From an uncultured Actinomycetes bacterium (GTDB lineage Bacteria; Actinomycetota; Acidimicrobiia; Acidimicrobiales; CADCTF01), in the NCBI GenBank assembly GCA_963750255.1, contig CAVVPZ010000009.1, positions 134,602 through 198,601 of the forward strand: 64,000 nucleotides of DNA. Reading direction: 5' to 3'. The notes under the pieces were generated by a model. The model searched no databases, was not told the DNA's origin, and worked only from the letters and a program-made list of their open reading frames with translations. A program made the translations under genes and the position numbers. Below are positions 1 to 8,382 of this stretch, piece after piece; the first letter of the stretch is position 1; every line of letters begins with the position of its first letter.

Positions 1-699
1 GTTCGTAGCGGACGTGGCTCTCGAGGTCGATCGACGTGGTGGCCTTGCCGATGGTCCGCTTCGTCGATCGGGTGGTGATGGGGGAACGCTCGGCGAGGAG
101 GGCGCAGTAGGAGGCAAGGCGGTCGGCGAACTCGTCGTCGTCGACGACCTCGCCGACCATGCCGAGGGCACGGGCTTCGTCGGCGCCGACCGTCCGGTTC
201 TCGAGCAGGAAGCGCATGGCCTGCTCGTAACCGATGGCCTGAGGGAGGGTCCAGGTCAACCCGCCGTCGGGCAAGCCACCGATGCGGGGATAGCCGGCGA
301 TGAGCCGTGCGCTGCGGGCCATGAGGCGGATGTCGCAGGCCATGGCCAACGACAGGCCGGCTCCGGCGGCGACCCCGTTCAATCCACCCACGACCGGCTT
401 GTCGCACACCTGGCGCACGGCGAGCGGGAACCGACCGACCCAGCTGATGTCGTCGAGGAACGCCGAGTGCCCCGACAACGGAGAGCCGTCGGCTTCGCTG
501 CCACCCAGATCGAGCCCGCTGCAGAACGCGTCGCCCGATCCGGTGATGGCCACGATCCAGACGTCGTCATCACGGGCCGCCTCCTCGACGGCGGCGACGA
601 CGCCCCAGGCCAGTTCGCTCGACAAGGCGTTCTTCTTCTCGGGCCGGTTGAGGCGGATGGTGCGGACCCGGCCGGCGTCGCTGATCTCGAGGATGCTCA
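1..699 (-). CDS. enoyl-CoA hydratase/isomerase (crotonase) family protein; C-terminus cut by window edge
   Basis: Not in the ORF track because it runs off the edge. Reverse translation from GTG at 697-699 gives VSILEISDAGRVRTIRLNRPEKKNAL...VVGGLNGVAAGAGLSLAMACDIRLMA, a typical crotonase fold pattern. Confidence 0.85.
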
Positions 700-725
700 C
701 CGCCCGAGCGTACGGCGAGCGGCGG

Positions 726-731
726 TAGGTT
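726..731 (+). promoter_or_regulatory. putative -10 hexamer TAGGTT, 7 nt upstream of GTG 739 (leaderless-type arrangement)
   Basis: TAGGTT-ggcccgg-GTG. The same TAGGTT-N6-8-start pattern recurs at 40511, 41048 and 60240. Confidence 0.3.
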
Positions 732-738
732 GGCCCGG

Positions 739-1182
739 GTGTTGGTGGACCGGCTCGACGAGGACGCGGCCGACGCCTGGCGAGACGGCGTGGGCGCCGC
801 GACCGAACGATGGGGCGACGGAGCGGTCGACGACCTCGTGCTGCTTCGCTCGCTGCTCGAACGGGCCGACGACGACCTCCTCAAGATTCTCGGTCCGCAC
901 CTGCGCCGCGTGTTGGTCGAGATCGATGTCGAAGAGAAGGCGTTGGCCGAATCGGGCGCAGGACGACGGGTGCCCTTTGGCGATCACCTCTTGGAGGCGG
1001 CGCTCAACGAAGCCATCGACTTGACCGGTCAGGCCAACCGAATCGCCGACGTGCATCTCGTGCTCGCGCTCTTCTTCTTTCCTGGCGCCCACGCCGCGCT
1101 CGTCCTCGAGCGGTGCGGCATCGACTGGCGTCCGTTGCGGTCCTTGGCTCGACGACTCACGAGTCGGTGGTACGACTGGTGA
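739..1182 (+). CDS. Clp N-terminal (Clp_N repeat)-like domain protein
   Basis: ORF 730..1182. HLLEAALNEAIDLTGQANRIADVHLVLALF...AALVLERCGIDWRPL resembles Clp_N repeats. In-frame GTG 739 is preferred because of the upstream TAGGTT. Confidence 0.5.
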   Translation: MLVDRLDEDAADAWRDGVGAATERWGDGAVDDLVLLRSLLERADDDLLKILGPHLRRVLVEIDVEEKALAESGAGRRVPFGDHLLEAALNEAIDLTGQANRIADVHLVLALFFFPGAHAALVLERCGIDWRPLRSLARRLTSRWYDW

Positions 1183-2606
1183 CGATCGTGAGCGACACCC
1201 GGCCCCCGTGGTTTGCCATCGTCGACAGCCTTCACCGTGACGCGCTGACCGGCGGAAACACCATCGACGGCAGGCGCCGAGGCAACCACCGCAGGGTCGA
1301 CGAGTTGCACGACGGCCATCCCTTTGGTGACGGCCGTGACGACGGCGTCGAGCGGGCGCGTGCCACAGGCTCGCAGCACGGCCGACTCGACCAGATCCAC
1401 GGCGCGACTGTCGGCGGCCCCCTCGACGCGGCGGGCAGCCGCCATGACGGCAGGCAGTCCATCGAGCGCGGCCAGGACCCAGTCGGGGACGGGGCTCCCC
1501 GACACCAGCGCCAGGACGATCTCATTGGCGAAGCGGTCGACGAGTCGCCGGAGCGGAGCAGTCACGTGGGCGTAAGGCGCGGCGACGGCGGCGTGGAGCT
1601 GCGCATCGCCGACAGGAACCGTGCCGTTGAAGGCGACGTAGCCCGCTCCTCGGAAGAGCCGGACCGCCTGGGTCAACAACGCCGCCTCGACGGGCACGTT
1701 GGGATCGAGGTCGCGCACGAAGCGTTGGTAGCCGCCTGGCCCGTCGGGCCACGTGCGCCCCAGGGCCAACGCACGCGAGCGAAGCGTGTCGAGCGTCTCG
1801 TCTGACGGCGGCGGGAGCGTTCGGAGAATTCCGACCCGCCCCTCGAGCATGAGACCGGCAGCCGCCATCCCGGTCAGCAGCGAGATCTGTGCGTTCCAAC
1901 CCTCCATCGGCACCGGTGCCCGGTACTCGAGCCGGTAGCGACCGTCGTCGTCGACGATCTGTTGGTCGGGCAGCGGGAGCGACACGCCGCCGCGGGCCAC
2001 CTCGGCCTCCTCCCTCCGGAGTCCGACCGCCCGCAGCCCATCGAGTTGCTCGTCGGTGCCCAGTGCCGCCTGAGCCTCCTCGTAGGTGAGGCGCCGGCGT
2101 GAACGAACGGTGGCCCGCCGCACGACGACATCGGTCTGCGCCCCGTCCCCATCGAGGGTGATTGACCAGACCAAGGCCTGCCGCTCGCGGTCGGGCAGCA
2201 GCGATGCTCCGTTTTCGCTCAGGGCCGGCGGATGCAGGGGCGTGTTGTGGTCGGGCAGGTAGATCGTCACACCCCGCTTTCTGGCCTCGGTGTCGATGGC
2301 TCCGCCGGCGGGAACAAGGGCGGCGACGTCGGCGATGGCGTAGTGGACGACGTGGCCCGCACCGCGCGTCTCGATGTGGACGGCCTGGTCGAGATCCATC
2401 GCCCCCGGCGGGTCGATGGTGAAGAACGGGAGGTGGCGCAGATCCTCGGTCGCCGCCGGGACCGGGCCGCGCTGGATCGACGCTGCGGCCTCGGCCAAGA
2501 CCTCGGGCGGAAACAACTCGGCCACTTGCAGGTCGGCCCGAATGGCGTCGAACCCAGCCTCGAGCTCGTCGTTGGTGCGTTGGACGCGAAGGGGGACCGA
2601 GGGCAC
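1029..2606 (-). CDS. RNB-domain exoribonuclease (RNase II/R family)
   Basis: 525-aa ORF with FFTIDPPGAMDLDQAV, HYAIADVA, LPDHNTPLHP and YAHVTAPLRRLVDR (RNB catalytic motifs). The 3' end is uncertain: the tail is R/S-rich and overlaps the convergent ORF. Confidence 0.8.
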   Translation of the reverse strand: MPSVPLRVQRTNDELEAGFDAIRADLQVAELFPPEVLAEAAASIQRGPVPAATEDLRHLPFFTIDPPGAMDLDQAVHIETRGAGHVVHYAIADVAALVPAGGAIDTEARKRGVTIYLPDHNTPLHPPALSENGASLLPDRERQALVWSITLDGDGAQTDVVVRRATVRSRRRLTYEEAQAALGTDEQLDGLRAVGLRREEAEVARGGVSLPLPDQQIVDDDGRYRLEYRAPVPMEGWNAQISLLTGMAAAGLMLEGRVGILRTLPPPSDETLDTLRSRALALGRTWPDGPGGYQRFVRDLDPNVPVEAALLTQAVRLFRGAGYVAFNGTVPVGDAQLHAAVAAPYAHVTAPLRRLVDRFANEIVLALVSGSPVPDWVLAALDGLPAVMAAARRVEGAADSRAVDLVESAVLRACGTRPLDAVVTAVTKGMAVVQLVDPAVVASAPAVDGVSAGQRVTVKAVDDGKPRGPGVAHDRHQSYHRLVSRRAKDRNGRQSMPHRSRTSAAWAPGKKKSASTRCTSAIRLA

Positions 2607-2626
2607 CTCGTCATCTTGCCCACAAC

Positions 2627-2632
2627 TAGCCT
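2627..2632 (+). promoter_or_regulatory. putative -10 hexamer TAGCCT, 6 nt upstream of mca ATG (leaderless-type)
   Basis: TAGCCT-ggaccc-ATG fits the actinobacterial TAnnnT -10 at leaderless spacing. Confidence 0.3.
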
Positions 2633-2638
2633 GGACCC

Positions 2639-3547
2639 ATGTCCGCTGCGTCGTCTGACCCGCAAGAGCGTCTGTGCATCCTCACGGTGCACGCCCACCC
2701 CGACGACGAGTCGTCGAAGGGACCCGGCACCATCGCCCGCTACGCCGCTGAGGGCGTGCACACGGTCCTCGTCTGCTGCACCGATGGCGCCGCCGGCGAC
2801 ATCCTCAACCCGGCCATGGATTCCCCCGAGATCAAGGACAACTTGCCGACGGTCCGCATGGGCGAACTGGCAAAGGCGACCGAGATCATCGGCTACCGCG
2901 AGGTGATCCATCTGGGTTACAAGGACTCGGGGATGCCGGAGACACCGGCAAACGAGGATCCGGAGTGCTTCTGGCGGGCCGACCTCGACGAGGCCATCGG
3001 ACGACTCGTGGAGATCATCCGGCGCACCCGGCCCCAGGTGATCGTCACCTACGGCGACGATCAGCAGGGTTACCCGCACCCCGATCATCTGCGGGTGCAC
3101 GACATCTCCTTGCCGGCTTTCGATCTCGCCGGCGACGAGGCCTACCGTCCCGACCTGGGCCAGCCCTGGGAGCCGAAGAAGCTCTATTACACGGCCTGGA
3201 GCCGCCAGCGCATGGTGGCCATGCACGAGAAGTTCATCGAGCTCGGCCTCGAAAGTCCCTTCGGCGATCGCTTCCTCAACCGGCCCAGCCAGGACGAGCG
3301 CATCACGACCAAGGTCGACGTGTCCGGCCACATGGATGTCCGCCGAGAGGCCCTGCTCGCCCACGCCACGCAGATCGACCCCAACAGCCCGTTCTGGTTC
3401 GGCCTGCCGCCCGAGATCTCCAACACCGTCTATCCGATCGAGGATTACGTGTTGGCCCGCAGCCGGGTGTCCGTGCCCGAAGACCTCGGCACCGACGGCA
3501 ACTACGAGGACGACCTGTTCGCCGGCGTGTTCGAGACCGCCAACTGA
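2639..3547 (+). CDS. mca: mycothiol S-conjugate amidase Mca (LmbE/PIG-L deacetylase family; MshB not excluded)
   Basis: 302 aa with VHAHPDDES, VLVCCTDGAAGDILNP and YPHPDH, the zinc-deacetylase LmbE signature with Mca-like length. Confidence 0.8.
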   Translation: MSAASSDPQERLCILTVHAHPDDESSKGPGTIARYAAEGVHTVLVCCTDGAAGDILNPAMDSPEIKDNLPTVRMGELAKATEIIGYREVIHLGYKDSGMPETPANEDPECFWRADLDEAIGRLVEIIRRTRPQVIVTYGDDQQGYPHPDHLRVHDISLPAFDLAGDEAYRPDLGQPWEPKKLYYTAWSRQRMVAMHEKFIELGLESPFGDRFLNRPSQDERITTKVDVSGHMDVRREALLAHATQIDPNSPFWFGLPPEISNTVYPIEDYVLARSRVSVPEDLGTDGNYEDDLFAGVFETAN

Positions 3548-3559
3548 GAGGAACCGTCG

Positions 3560-3946
3560 ATGCCGAAGTGGATGACCCAGGAGTGGATGGACGAACAGAC
3601 GAGTTTGGCCCAGGACCAACCCGAGCGACCCGGGGCATCAGCCCGGATGCAATATGTGATCAACGGCGGCCCCGATGGAGCTATTCGCTACTACTGGGTT
3701 CTCGAGGATGGGCACCTCGTGGAGAACCGTCTCGGTGACCTCGACGACGCCGAGGTGACGTTGACCCAGAGCTATGAAGACGCGCTGCTCATCCAGAAGG
3801 GCGAACTCGACGAGCAGACCGCCTTCATGCAGGGCAGGGTCAAGGTCGAGGGCAACATGGCCAAGCTGATGGCCCTCCTGCCGATCACCGGCTCACCGGA
3901 GTACAAAGAGCTTCAGTCACGCATCCGGGAGATCACCGAGTACTGA
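3560..3946 (+). CDS. SCP2 sterol-binding domain protein
   Basis: 128 aa. The C-terminal QKGELDEQTAFMQGRVKVEGNMAKLMAL is the SCP2 signature. Confidence 0.75.
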   Translation: MPKWMTQEWMDEQTSLAQDQPERPGASARMQYVINGGPDGAIRYYWVLEDGHLVENRLGDLDDAEVTLTQSYEDALLIQKGELDEQTAFMQGRVKVEGNMAKLMALLPITGSPEYKELQSRIREITEY

Positions 3947-3949
3947 TCG

Positions 3950-4786
3950 TCAGCGAGTGGCGATGTCGGCGAGTGCCAGCCCGGCACGGGGCAGCGAGAT
4001 CGCGACGGCGCTGAGAGCGACGACCCGCCCGGCGAGCACCCATCGTTGCGACTGCACCGCCTCGAGCACGGCCCGCCTCCGGGTGGCGGCCACGGCGATC
4101 AAACAGGCGGCGAGGAGCACGACATTGAAGCTGACGGTCACCGCCGCGATCAGCGCCGGTCCTGCGTAACGCAACAGGACGCCCCTGTCCCAAGAGATGA
4201 GGGGGAGGGCGGCGCTGATGCGGTTGGTCAGCGAGGCCAGCGTCATCCCGAAGGCCAACGCCAGCGCGGCGAAGACCGCGATGGCCAACCACCCGGGTCC
4301 GACGAGGTCGAAATCGGGATTGTCGGTGCGGATCGGGTCGATGACCGGACCGAGGACGAGGAACAGCCCCAGGCCGAAGGCCAGGCCGCCCAGCCGACCC
4401 GGCGGAAGGAAGCGTCTCACGACGACGAAGAGGACGCCAGCGGCCGCCCCACCGAGCACCCCCGTGAACAACACGAACCCGAGGGTGCCCTCGAGGGTGA
4501 TCTTCCCGACGACCTCCTCGGCTTCGGTCACTCGACCCTGGGCGTCGGCCCCAGCGGTCACGGCTAAGAGGCGCATGGCCAAGCGGCCGCCAGCCCCGAT
4601 GACCGAGACCCCGGTCACGACGCCGCTGGCGAGGGCAACGGCCACATAGAAGACGAAGCGCCGGGCCACCTCCCGTGGCGAGAGGTCGACCGCCTGGGGT
4701 GGAGCAACGAAGGAGCGGCCGCTCCACCACGCTCCGGCGACGAGACCTATGAGCAGGAGGACGCCGCACGCCACGGTGATCGCCAC
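3950..4786 (-). CDS. integral membrane protein, unknown function
   Basis: 278-aa ORF with about 7 hydrophobic segments and coding-like composition. Confidence 0.65.
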   Translation of the reverse strand: MAITVACGVLLLIGLVAGAWWSGRSFVAPPQAVDLSPREVARRFVFYVAVALASGVVTGVSVIGAGGRLAMRLLAVTAGADAQGRVTEAEEVVGKITLEGTLGFVLFTGVLGGAAAGVLFVVVRRFLPPGRLGGLAFGLGLFLVLGPVIDPIRTDNPDFDLVGPGWLAIAVFAALALAFGMTLASLTNRISAALPLISWDRGVLLRYAGPALIAAVTVSFNVVLLAACLIAVAATRRRAVLEAVQSQRWVLAGRVVALSAVAISLPRAGLALADIATR

Positions 4787-4821
4787 CGCAACAGCCTGCC
4801 AGCGTCGAGGCCTGACGCGGA

Positions 4822-4851
4822 GGAGCCCGCCCCCTTGCGGGGACGGGCTCC
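4822..4851 (-). terminator. GC-rich hairpin downstream of the ferritin-like/cupredoxin operon
   Basis: GGAGCCCGCCCC-ttgc-GGGGaCGGGCTCC, with a T-run (GGTTTTCG) only on the + side. It lies 60 nt after the stop of the 4914..5690 gene. Confidence 0.3.
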
Positions 4852-4913
4852 GGTTTTCGAGTGTCGCCGTCGTCCGGCTGGCGTCCGATCGACGCGTCGC
4901 TCGAAAGGGGTGA

Positions 4914-5690
4914 CTAGACGCCAGTACCGGGGGCGACTGCGCCGTCGGTGGTCTGGAACGCCTTGGGCGCCGCAGGCTGCTTGAGAACGCTCGACAGCAC
5001 AGCCACGTGGCGGGCCTCGACGCCGCCCACGCTCATGGCCGCCTGGTTGAGGGTGACGTCCTTGAAGGCACCGACCGTCGACTGGTAGGTCGCGGCGGCC
5101 GCTTGCTCGAGCATGAGGGCGAGCATGACCACGCCGTTCTCATCCTTGAGGGCGGCGATGGGGCCCTGGAGGCTCTGGAGGACGACCGGGTTGGCCTCTT
5201 CCATCGCCGTGCCGCCCATCTTCTTCGTGGCGCCCTGGAACAGCGCCGCGTGCTCCTTGTGCTGGGACTGGAACAGCTTGGCCGCGTCGGCGATCGCCGC
5301 CGTCTTGACCAGGCCACTGTCGATGGCCTTCTGGTACACGTCGACGGCGAGGACCTCGAGCGAGGACGCCGTACGGAGGATGGTGATGTCACCCTTCGCA
5401 TCGCCGGCCCCTCCGGACGCTGCCGTCGTCGTGGTGCCGCCGTCGGCACTCTTGGTGTTGTCGCTGCCGCAGGCGGCGAAGACGGCGGCGGTGGCGACGG
5501 TGATGCCGCCGATCTGCATGAACTTGCGTCGGTTGAGCCCGCCGGTGGCGAAGTCCGCCTTGGCGATGCCCGACTCGTTGGTGTCGCCGAAGAGGCGGGA
5601 CACCAGGTCGCGCATCGTCTTCATCGACGCGTTGTGCTCGACTTGGGACTCGCGGGCCTCACGGCGAACGAAATCGCTGCTGATTTCCAT
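4914..5690 (-). CDS. Tat-signal ferritin-like domain (lipo)protein
   Basis: Twin-arginine motif LNRRKFMQIGG followed by AACGS. Four-helix E/H motifs: LEVLAVDVYQKAI, QHKEHAALF, LEQAAAATY, VEARHVAVL. Confidence 0.8.
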   Translation of the reverse strand: MEISSDFVRREARESQVEHNASMKTMRDLVSRLFGDTNESGIAKADFATGGLNRRKFMQIGGITVATAAVFAACGSDNTKSADGGTTTTAASGGAGDAKGDITILRTASSLEVLAVDVYQKAIDSGLVKTAAIADAAKLFQSQHKEHAALFQGATKKMGGTAMEEANPVVLQSLQGPIAALKDENGVVMLALMLEQAAAATYQSTVGAFKDVTLNQAAMSVGGVEARHVAVLSSVLKQPAAPKAFQTTDGAVAPGTGV

Positions 5691-5720
5691 GTTGTTCTCT
5701 CTCTCGATCTCGTACGGGGG

Positions 5721-6440
5721 TTAGGAGGCGACCGGGAACTTGGCCGGGTCGACGGCCTTGTCCGAGGTCTGGAAGGAAGGCACGTAGTCGGTGGCCGGCT
5801 TGCCGAGGGCGGAGCCGAGAACGACGGCGTGCTGGGACTCGACGGGGAGGATCGAAGCGGCCAACTTCAGGGCCGCCTCGCTCTTGAGGGCGCCGAGGCC
5901 GAACAGGTACGTGGCGGCGGCGGCGTTCTCCAAGTCGTAGGCGATGGCCAGGATGGCGGCCTGATCCTTGGCGTCCTTGAGCTGTCCGCCCACGGCGTCG
6001 AGGAGCTTGGGGTTGGGCTTGCCAGTGGCCTTGCCGCCGGACGCACCGGCGAAAGCGGCAGCGTGCTCGGAGTGGTGACCGGCGAACATCGTGCCGATCT
6101 CGACCACGGCCGGCTGCAGCTTGCCCGAGCCGGCGGCGGCCTTGTAGGCCTCCACGGCTGCGAGTTCGACGCTTTCGGCGAAGGCGGCGATGTCGCCGTC
6201 GGTCAGTTCCTGGGCGCCGGCCGGAAGCAGGCTCCGGAAGGTGAGCACGGAGCTCCCGACGGTCAGGGCGCCGGCGCCGAGGCCGGCCTTGCGCAGGAAG
6301 CTCCTGCGGTCGCCGGCCCGGAAGGATCGGGTCTCGGCATGCAGGTCGGCAATGTCCGCCGCCATGGTGCCCATGCCGTCACGATGCTGCTCGTTGACGT
6401 CATCGCCCATTTGGCGGAGGTGCCGCTCGCTGATCTCCAT
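5721..6440 (-). CDS. Tat-signal ferritin-like domain protein (paralog of 4914..5690)
   Basis: GDRRSFLRKAGLGAG Tat motif. VELAAVEAYKAA, HHSEHAAAF, LENAAAATY and VESQHAVVL align with the neighbouring gene. Confidence 0.8.
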   Translation of the reverse strand: MEISERHLRQMGDDVNEQHRDGMGTMAADIADLHAETRSFRAGDRRSFLRKAGLGAGALTVGSSVLTFRSLLPAGAQELTDGDIAAFAESVELAAVEAYKAAAGSGKLQPAVVEIGTMFAGHHSEHAAAFAGASGGKATGKPNPKLLDAVGGQLKDAKDQAAILAIAYDLENAAAATYLFGLGALKSEAALKLAASILPVESQHAVVLGSALGKPATDYVPSFQTSDKAVDPAKFPVAS

Positions 6441-6539
6441 GTAGCTGTCTCCTCAGTGTTGGTCTTGGGTACTGCGGGGGTGCGAATGTTGCGGGGGTTG
6501 GTGCGGTGCTGCGTTACTGCGGACGAGGGCCGGGTGGCC

Positions 6540-6947
6540 TCAGCCCACGACGACCTTGCCGGTCATCGAGTTGTGGATGGAGCAGAAGTAGTCGTACGTG
6601 CCGGCCTTGTCGAAGGTCTGCTCGAACGTCTTGCCCTCATCGAGGTTGCCGCTCTTGAAGGAGTCGTCCCGCGCCGTGACCGTGTGGGCGAACGAGTCCT
6701 TGTTGGTGAAGGTCACCTTGGTGCCGGTCTTCACGTTCAAGGTGTCCGGCTGAAAGGTGAAGTCCTTGATGGCCACGGCGTCGCCGGTGGCCGACTCGCC
6801 GCCCTTTGCCGCGGCCGTCGTGGTGGCGGTGCCGCCCGACGAGCTCGCGCTGTCCTTGTTGTCGCCGCCGCAGGCTCCGAGCCCGAACAGGGCGAGGGCG
6901 GCGGCGACGGCGGCGAGTTTGCGGGTGGTGGGGTTCCGGGTCATCAC
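6540..6947 (-). CDS. cupredoxin (plastocyanin/amicyanin-like) lipoprotein
   Basis: Lipobox LFGLGAC. C-terminal FAHTV...YDYFCSIHNSMTGKVVV is the type-1 copper ligand pattern H...C..H..M. Confidence 0.85.
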   Translation of the reverse strand: MMTRNPTTRKLAAVAAALALFGLGACGGDNKDSASSSGGTATTTAAAKGGESATGDAVAIKDFTFQPDTLNVKTGTKVTFTNKDSFAHTVTARDDSFKSGNLDEGKTFEQTFDKAGTYDYFCSIHNSMTGKVVVG

Positions 6948-7001
6948 GGGTCTCTACGGGGCCTCGCTCCAGACCGGATGACGGTAGGACGACTTTTCTG
7001 A

Positions 7002-7026
7002 GGAACCACCAGGTTCGTCAGGCGTC
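7002..7026 (+). promoter_or_regulatory. candidate ECF-type promoter GGAAC-N16-CGTC upstream of the sigma factor gene
   Basis: GGAAC at 7002-7006, a 16-nt spacer and CGTC at 7023-7026, about 36 nt before ATG 7062, which has a GAGAGGG Shine-Dalgarno sequence. Confidence 0.35.
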
Positions 7027-7061
7027 CATCCGGAGCCGACCTCGGTACCGTAGAGAGGGCA

Positions 7062-7647
7062 ATGGCACAGATCCTGAAGGACGCGAGCGATGGCGCCCTC
7101 GTCATCGCCATCGGCCGGTGGCGCGAGGACGCACTCGCCGAGGCGTATCGACGCCACGCCGGCGCGGTCGTATGCGCTCGCCCGGCGGGTGACCGGCGAC
7201 ACCACCCTGGCCGAAGAAGTCGTCCAAGAGGTGTATCTGCGTCTCTGGAACTCGCCGGACAAGTTCGATCCTGACCGAGGCTCGCTGCGTTCCTATCTGC
7301 TGGCGCAGTGTCACGGCCGGTCCGTCGACCTGATTCGCTCGGAGTCCTCGCGCCGGCGTCGTGAGGAGACCGACGCTCGTCGCACGGCCGAGGGCGGATA
7401 CGACCTCGAGCGCGAGGTCTGGGACCTGACCGTCGCCGACCGGGTGAAAGACGCTGTCGCCGAGCTTCCTGCCGACGAGCGCCAAGCGATCGAGCTCGCG
7501 TACTTCGCCGGGCATACGTATCGAGAAGTTGCCGTGATGTTGGGTGCCCCCGAGGGCACCGTGAAGAGCCGAATCCGGTCAGGCATGCGCCGGCTGGCAA
7601 GCGAGCTGGCTGGGGCCGGCATCAACGCAAAGGGACTGGAAGGATGA
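7062..7647 (+). pseudogene. ECF (sigma-70 family) RNA polymerase sigma factor, one frameshift as assembled (about 7170)
   Basis: The frame of 7062 gives MAQILKDASDGALVIAIGRWREDALAEAYRRHAGAV. The frame of 7090 continues YALARRVTGDTTLAEEVVQEVYLRLW...ELAYFAGHTYREVAVMLGAPEGTVKSRIR. The junction is gcggtc-g-tatgcg. Confidence 0.8.
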
Positions 7648-8366
7648 CCACCAAGCCGCACGACGAGGTCCAAGAGCTGCTGGGCGTCTACGCCCTCGAC
7701 GCGCTCGATGGAGACGAATTGGCCGAGATCGAGCTGCACCTTGCCGAGTGCCCGCGCTGTCGGGCCGAGGTCGAGGAGTACCGCGAAGCGGCGGCACAGC
7801 TCGCTTTCACCGGTATGGAAGCGCCTGCGGGCGTCTGGCAAAAGATCCAGGCCGCGCTCGAAGAAGCGCCGCCCGAGATCGCTCTCGCCCGGGTGGTGCC
7901 GTTTCGGCCCTCCCGCTGGCAGTCACTCGGCGCCCGCTTGGTGGCCACTGCCGCCGTGGTCATCTCGCTGATCGCCCTTGGCGTCGCCGTCACCCGCAGC
8001 GGTGACTCGGCGCCGTCATCGGTCGACGCCGAGATCGCCAGCGCGGCGCTCGACCCAGCGGCTCGCCAAGTCCACCTGGTTTCCTCCGAAGGTCGCTCGG
8101 CCGACGTGATCCTCTTGCCGTCCGAGGGCAAGGCCTTCCTGGCCAAGCACTCGCTGCCCAAGCTCGCGGCCGACGAGACCTACCAGTTGTGGGGCCAGCA
8201 GAACGGCACCAAGGTGTCCCTCGGCGTCCTCGGCTCCGATCCCGGGCACATGGTGCTCCCGCTCGGCAGCAGTTACGAGGCCTTGGCCATCACGGCAGAG
8301 AAGAAGCCGGGTGTTGTCGCTTCGGACAATCCCGCCGTCGTCGCCGGTCTCGTTCCCACGTCCTGA
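7644..8366 (+). CDS. anti-sigma factor (zf-HC2 N-terminus, RskA/anti-sigma-K-like C-terminus)
   Basis: HLAECPRCRAEVEEY zinc-finger motif, one TM segment and YQLWG in the C-terminal domain. ATGA overlap with the sigma gene stop. Confidence 0.85.
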   Translation: MTTKPHDEVQELLGVYALDALDGDELAEIELHLAECPRCRAEVEEYREAAAQLAFTGMEAPAGVWQKIQAALEEAPPEIALARVVPFRPSRWQSLGARLVATAAVVISLIALGVAVTRSGDSAPSSVDAEIASAALDPAARQVHLVSSEGRSADVILLPSEGKAFLAKHSLPKLAADETYQLWGQQNGTKVSLGVLGSDPGHMVLPLGSSYEALAITAEKKPGVVASDNPAVVAGLVPTS

Positions 8367-8382
8367 CCAGTACTGTCGCCGC

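Noticed and set aside
5007-7001. 664-aa + strand ORF
   Set aside because: It is antisense to three well-supported genes (two ferritin-like genes and the cupredoxin). Its G/R/A/V/L-rich composition is typical of shadow frames in high-GC DNA, and it has no recognisable motif.
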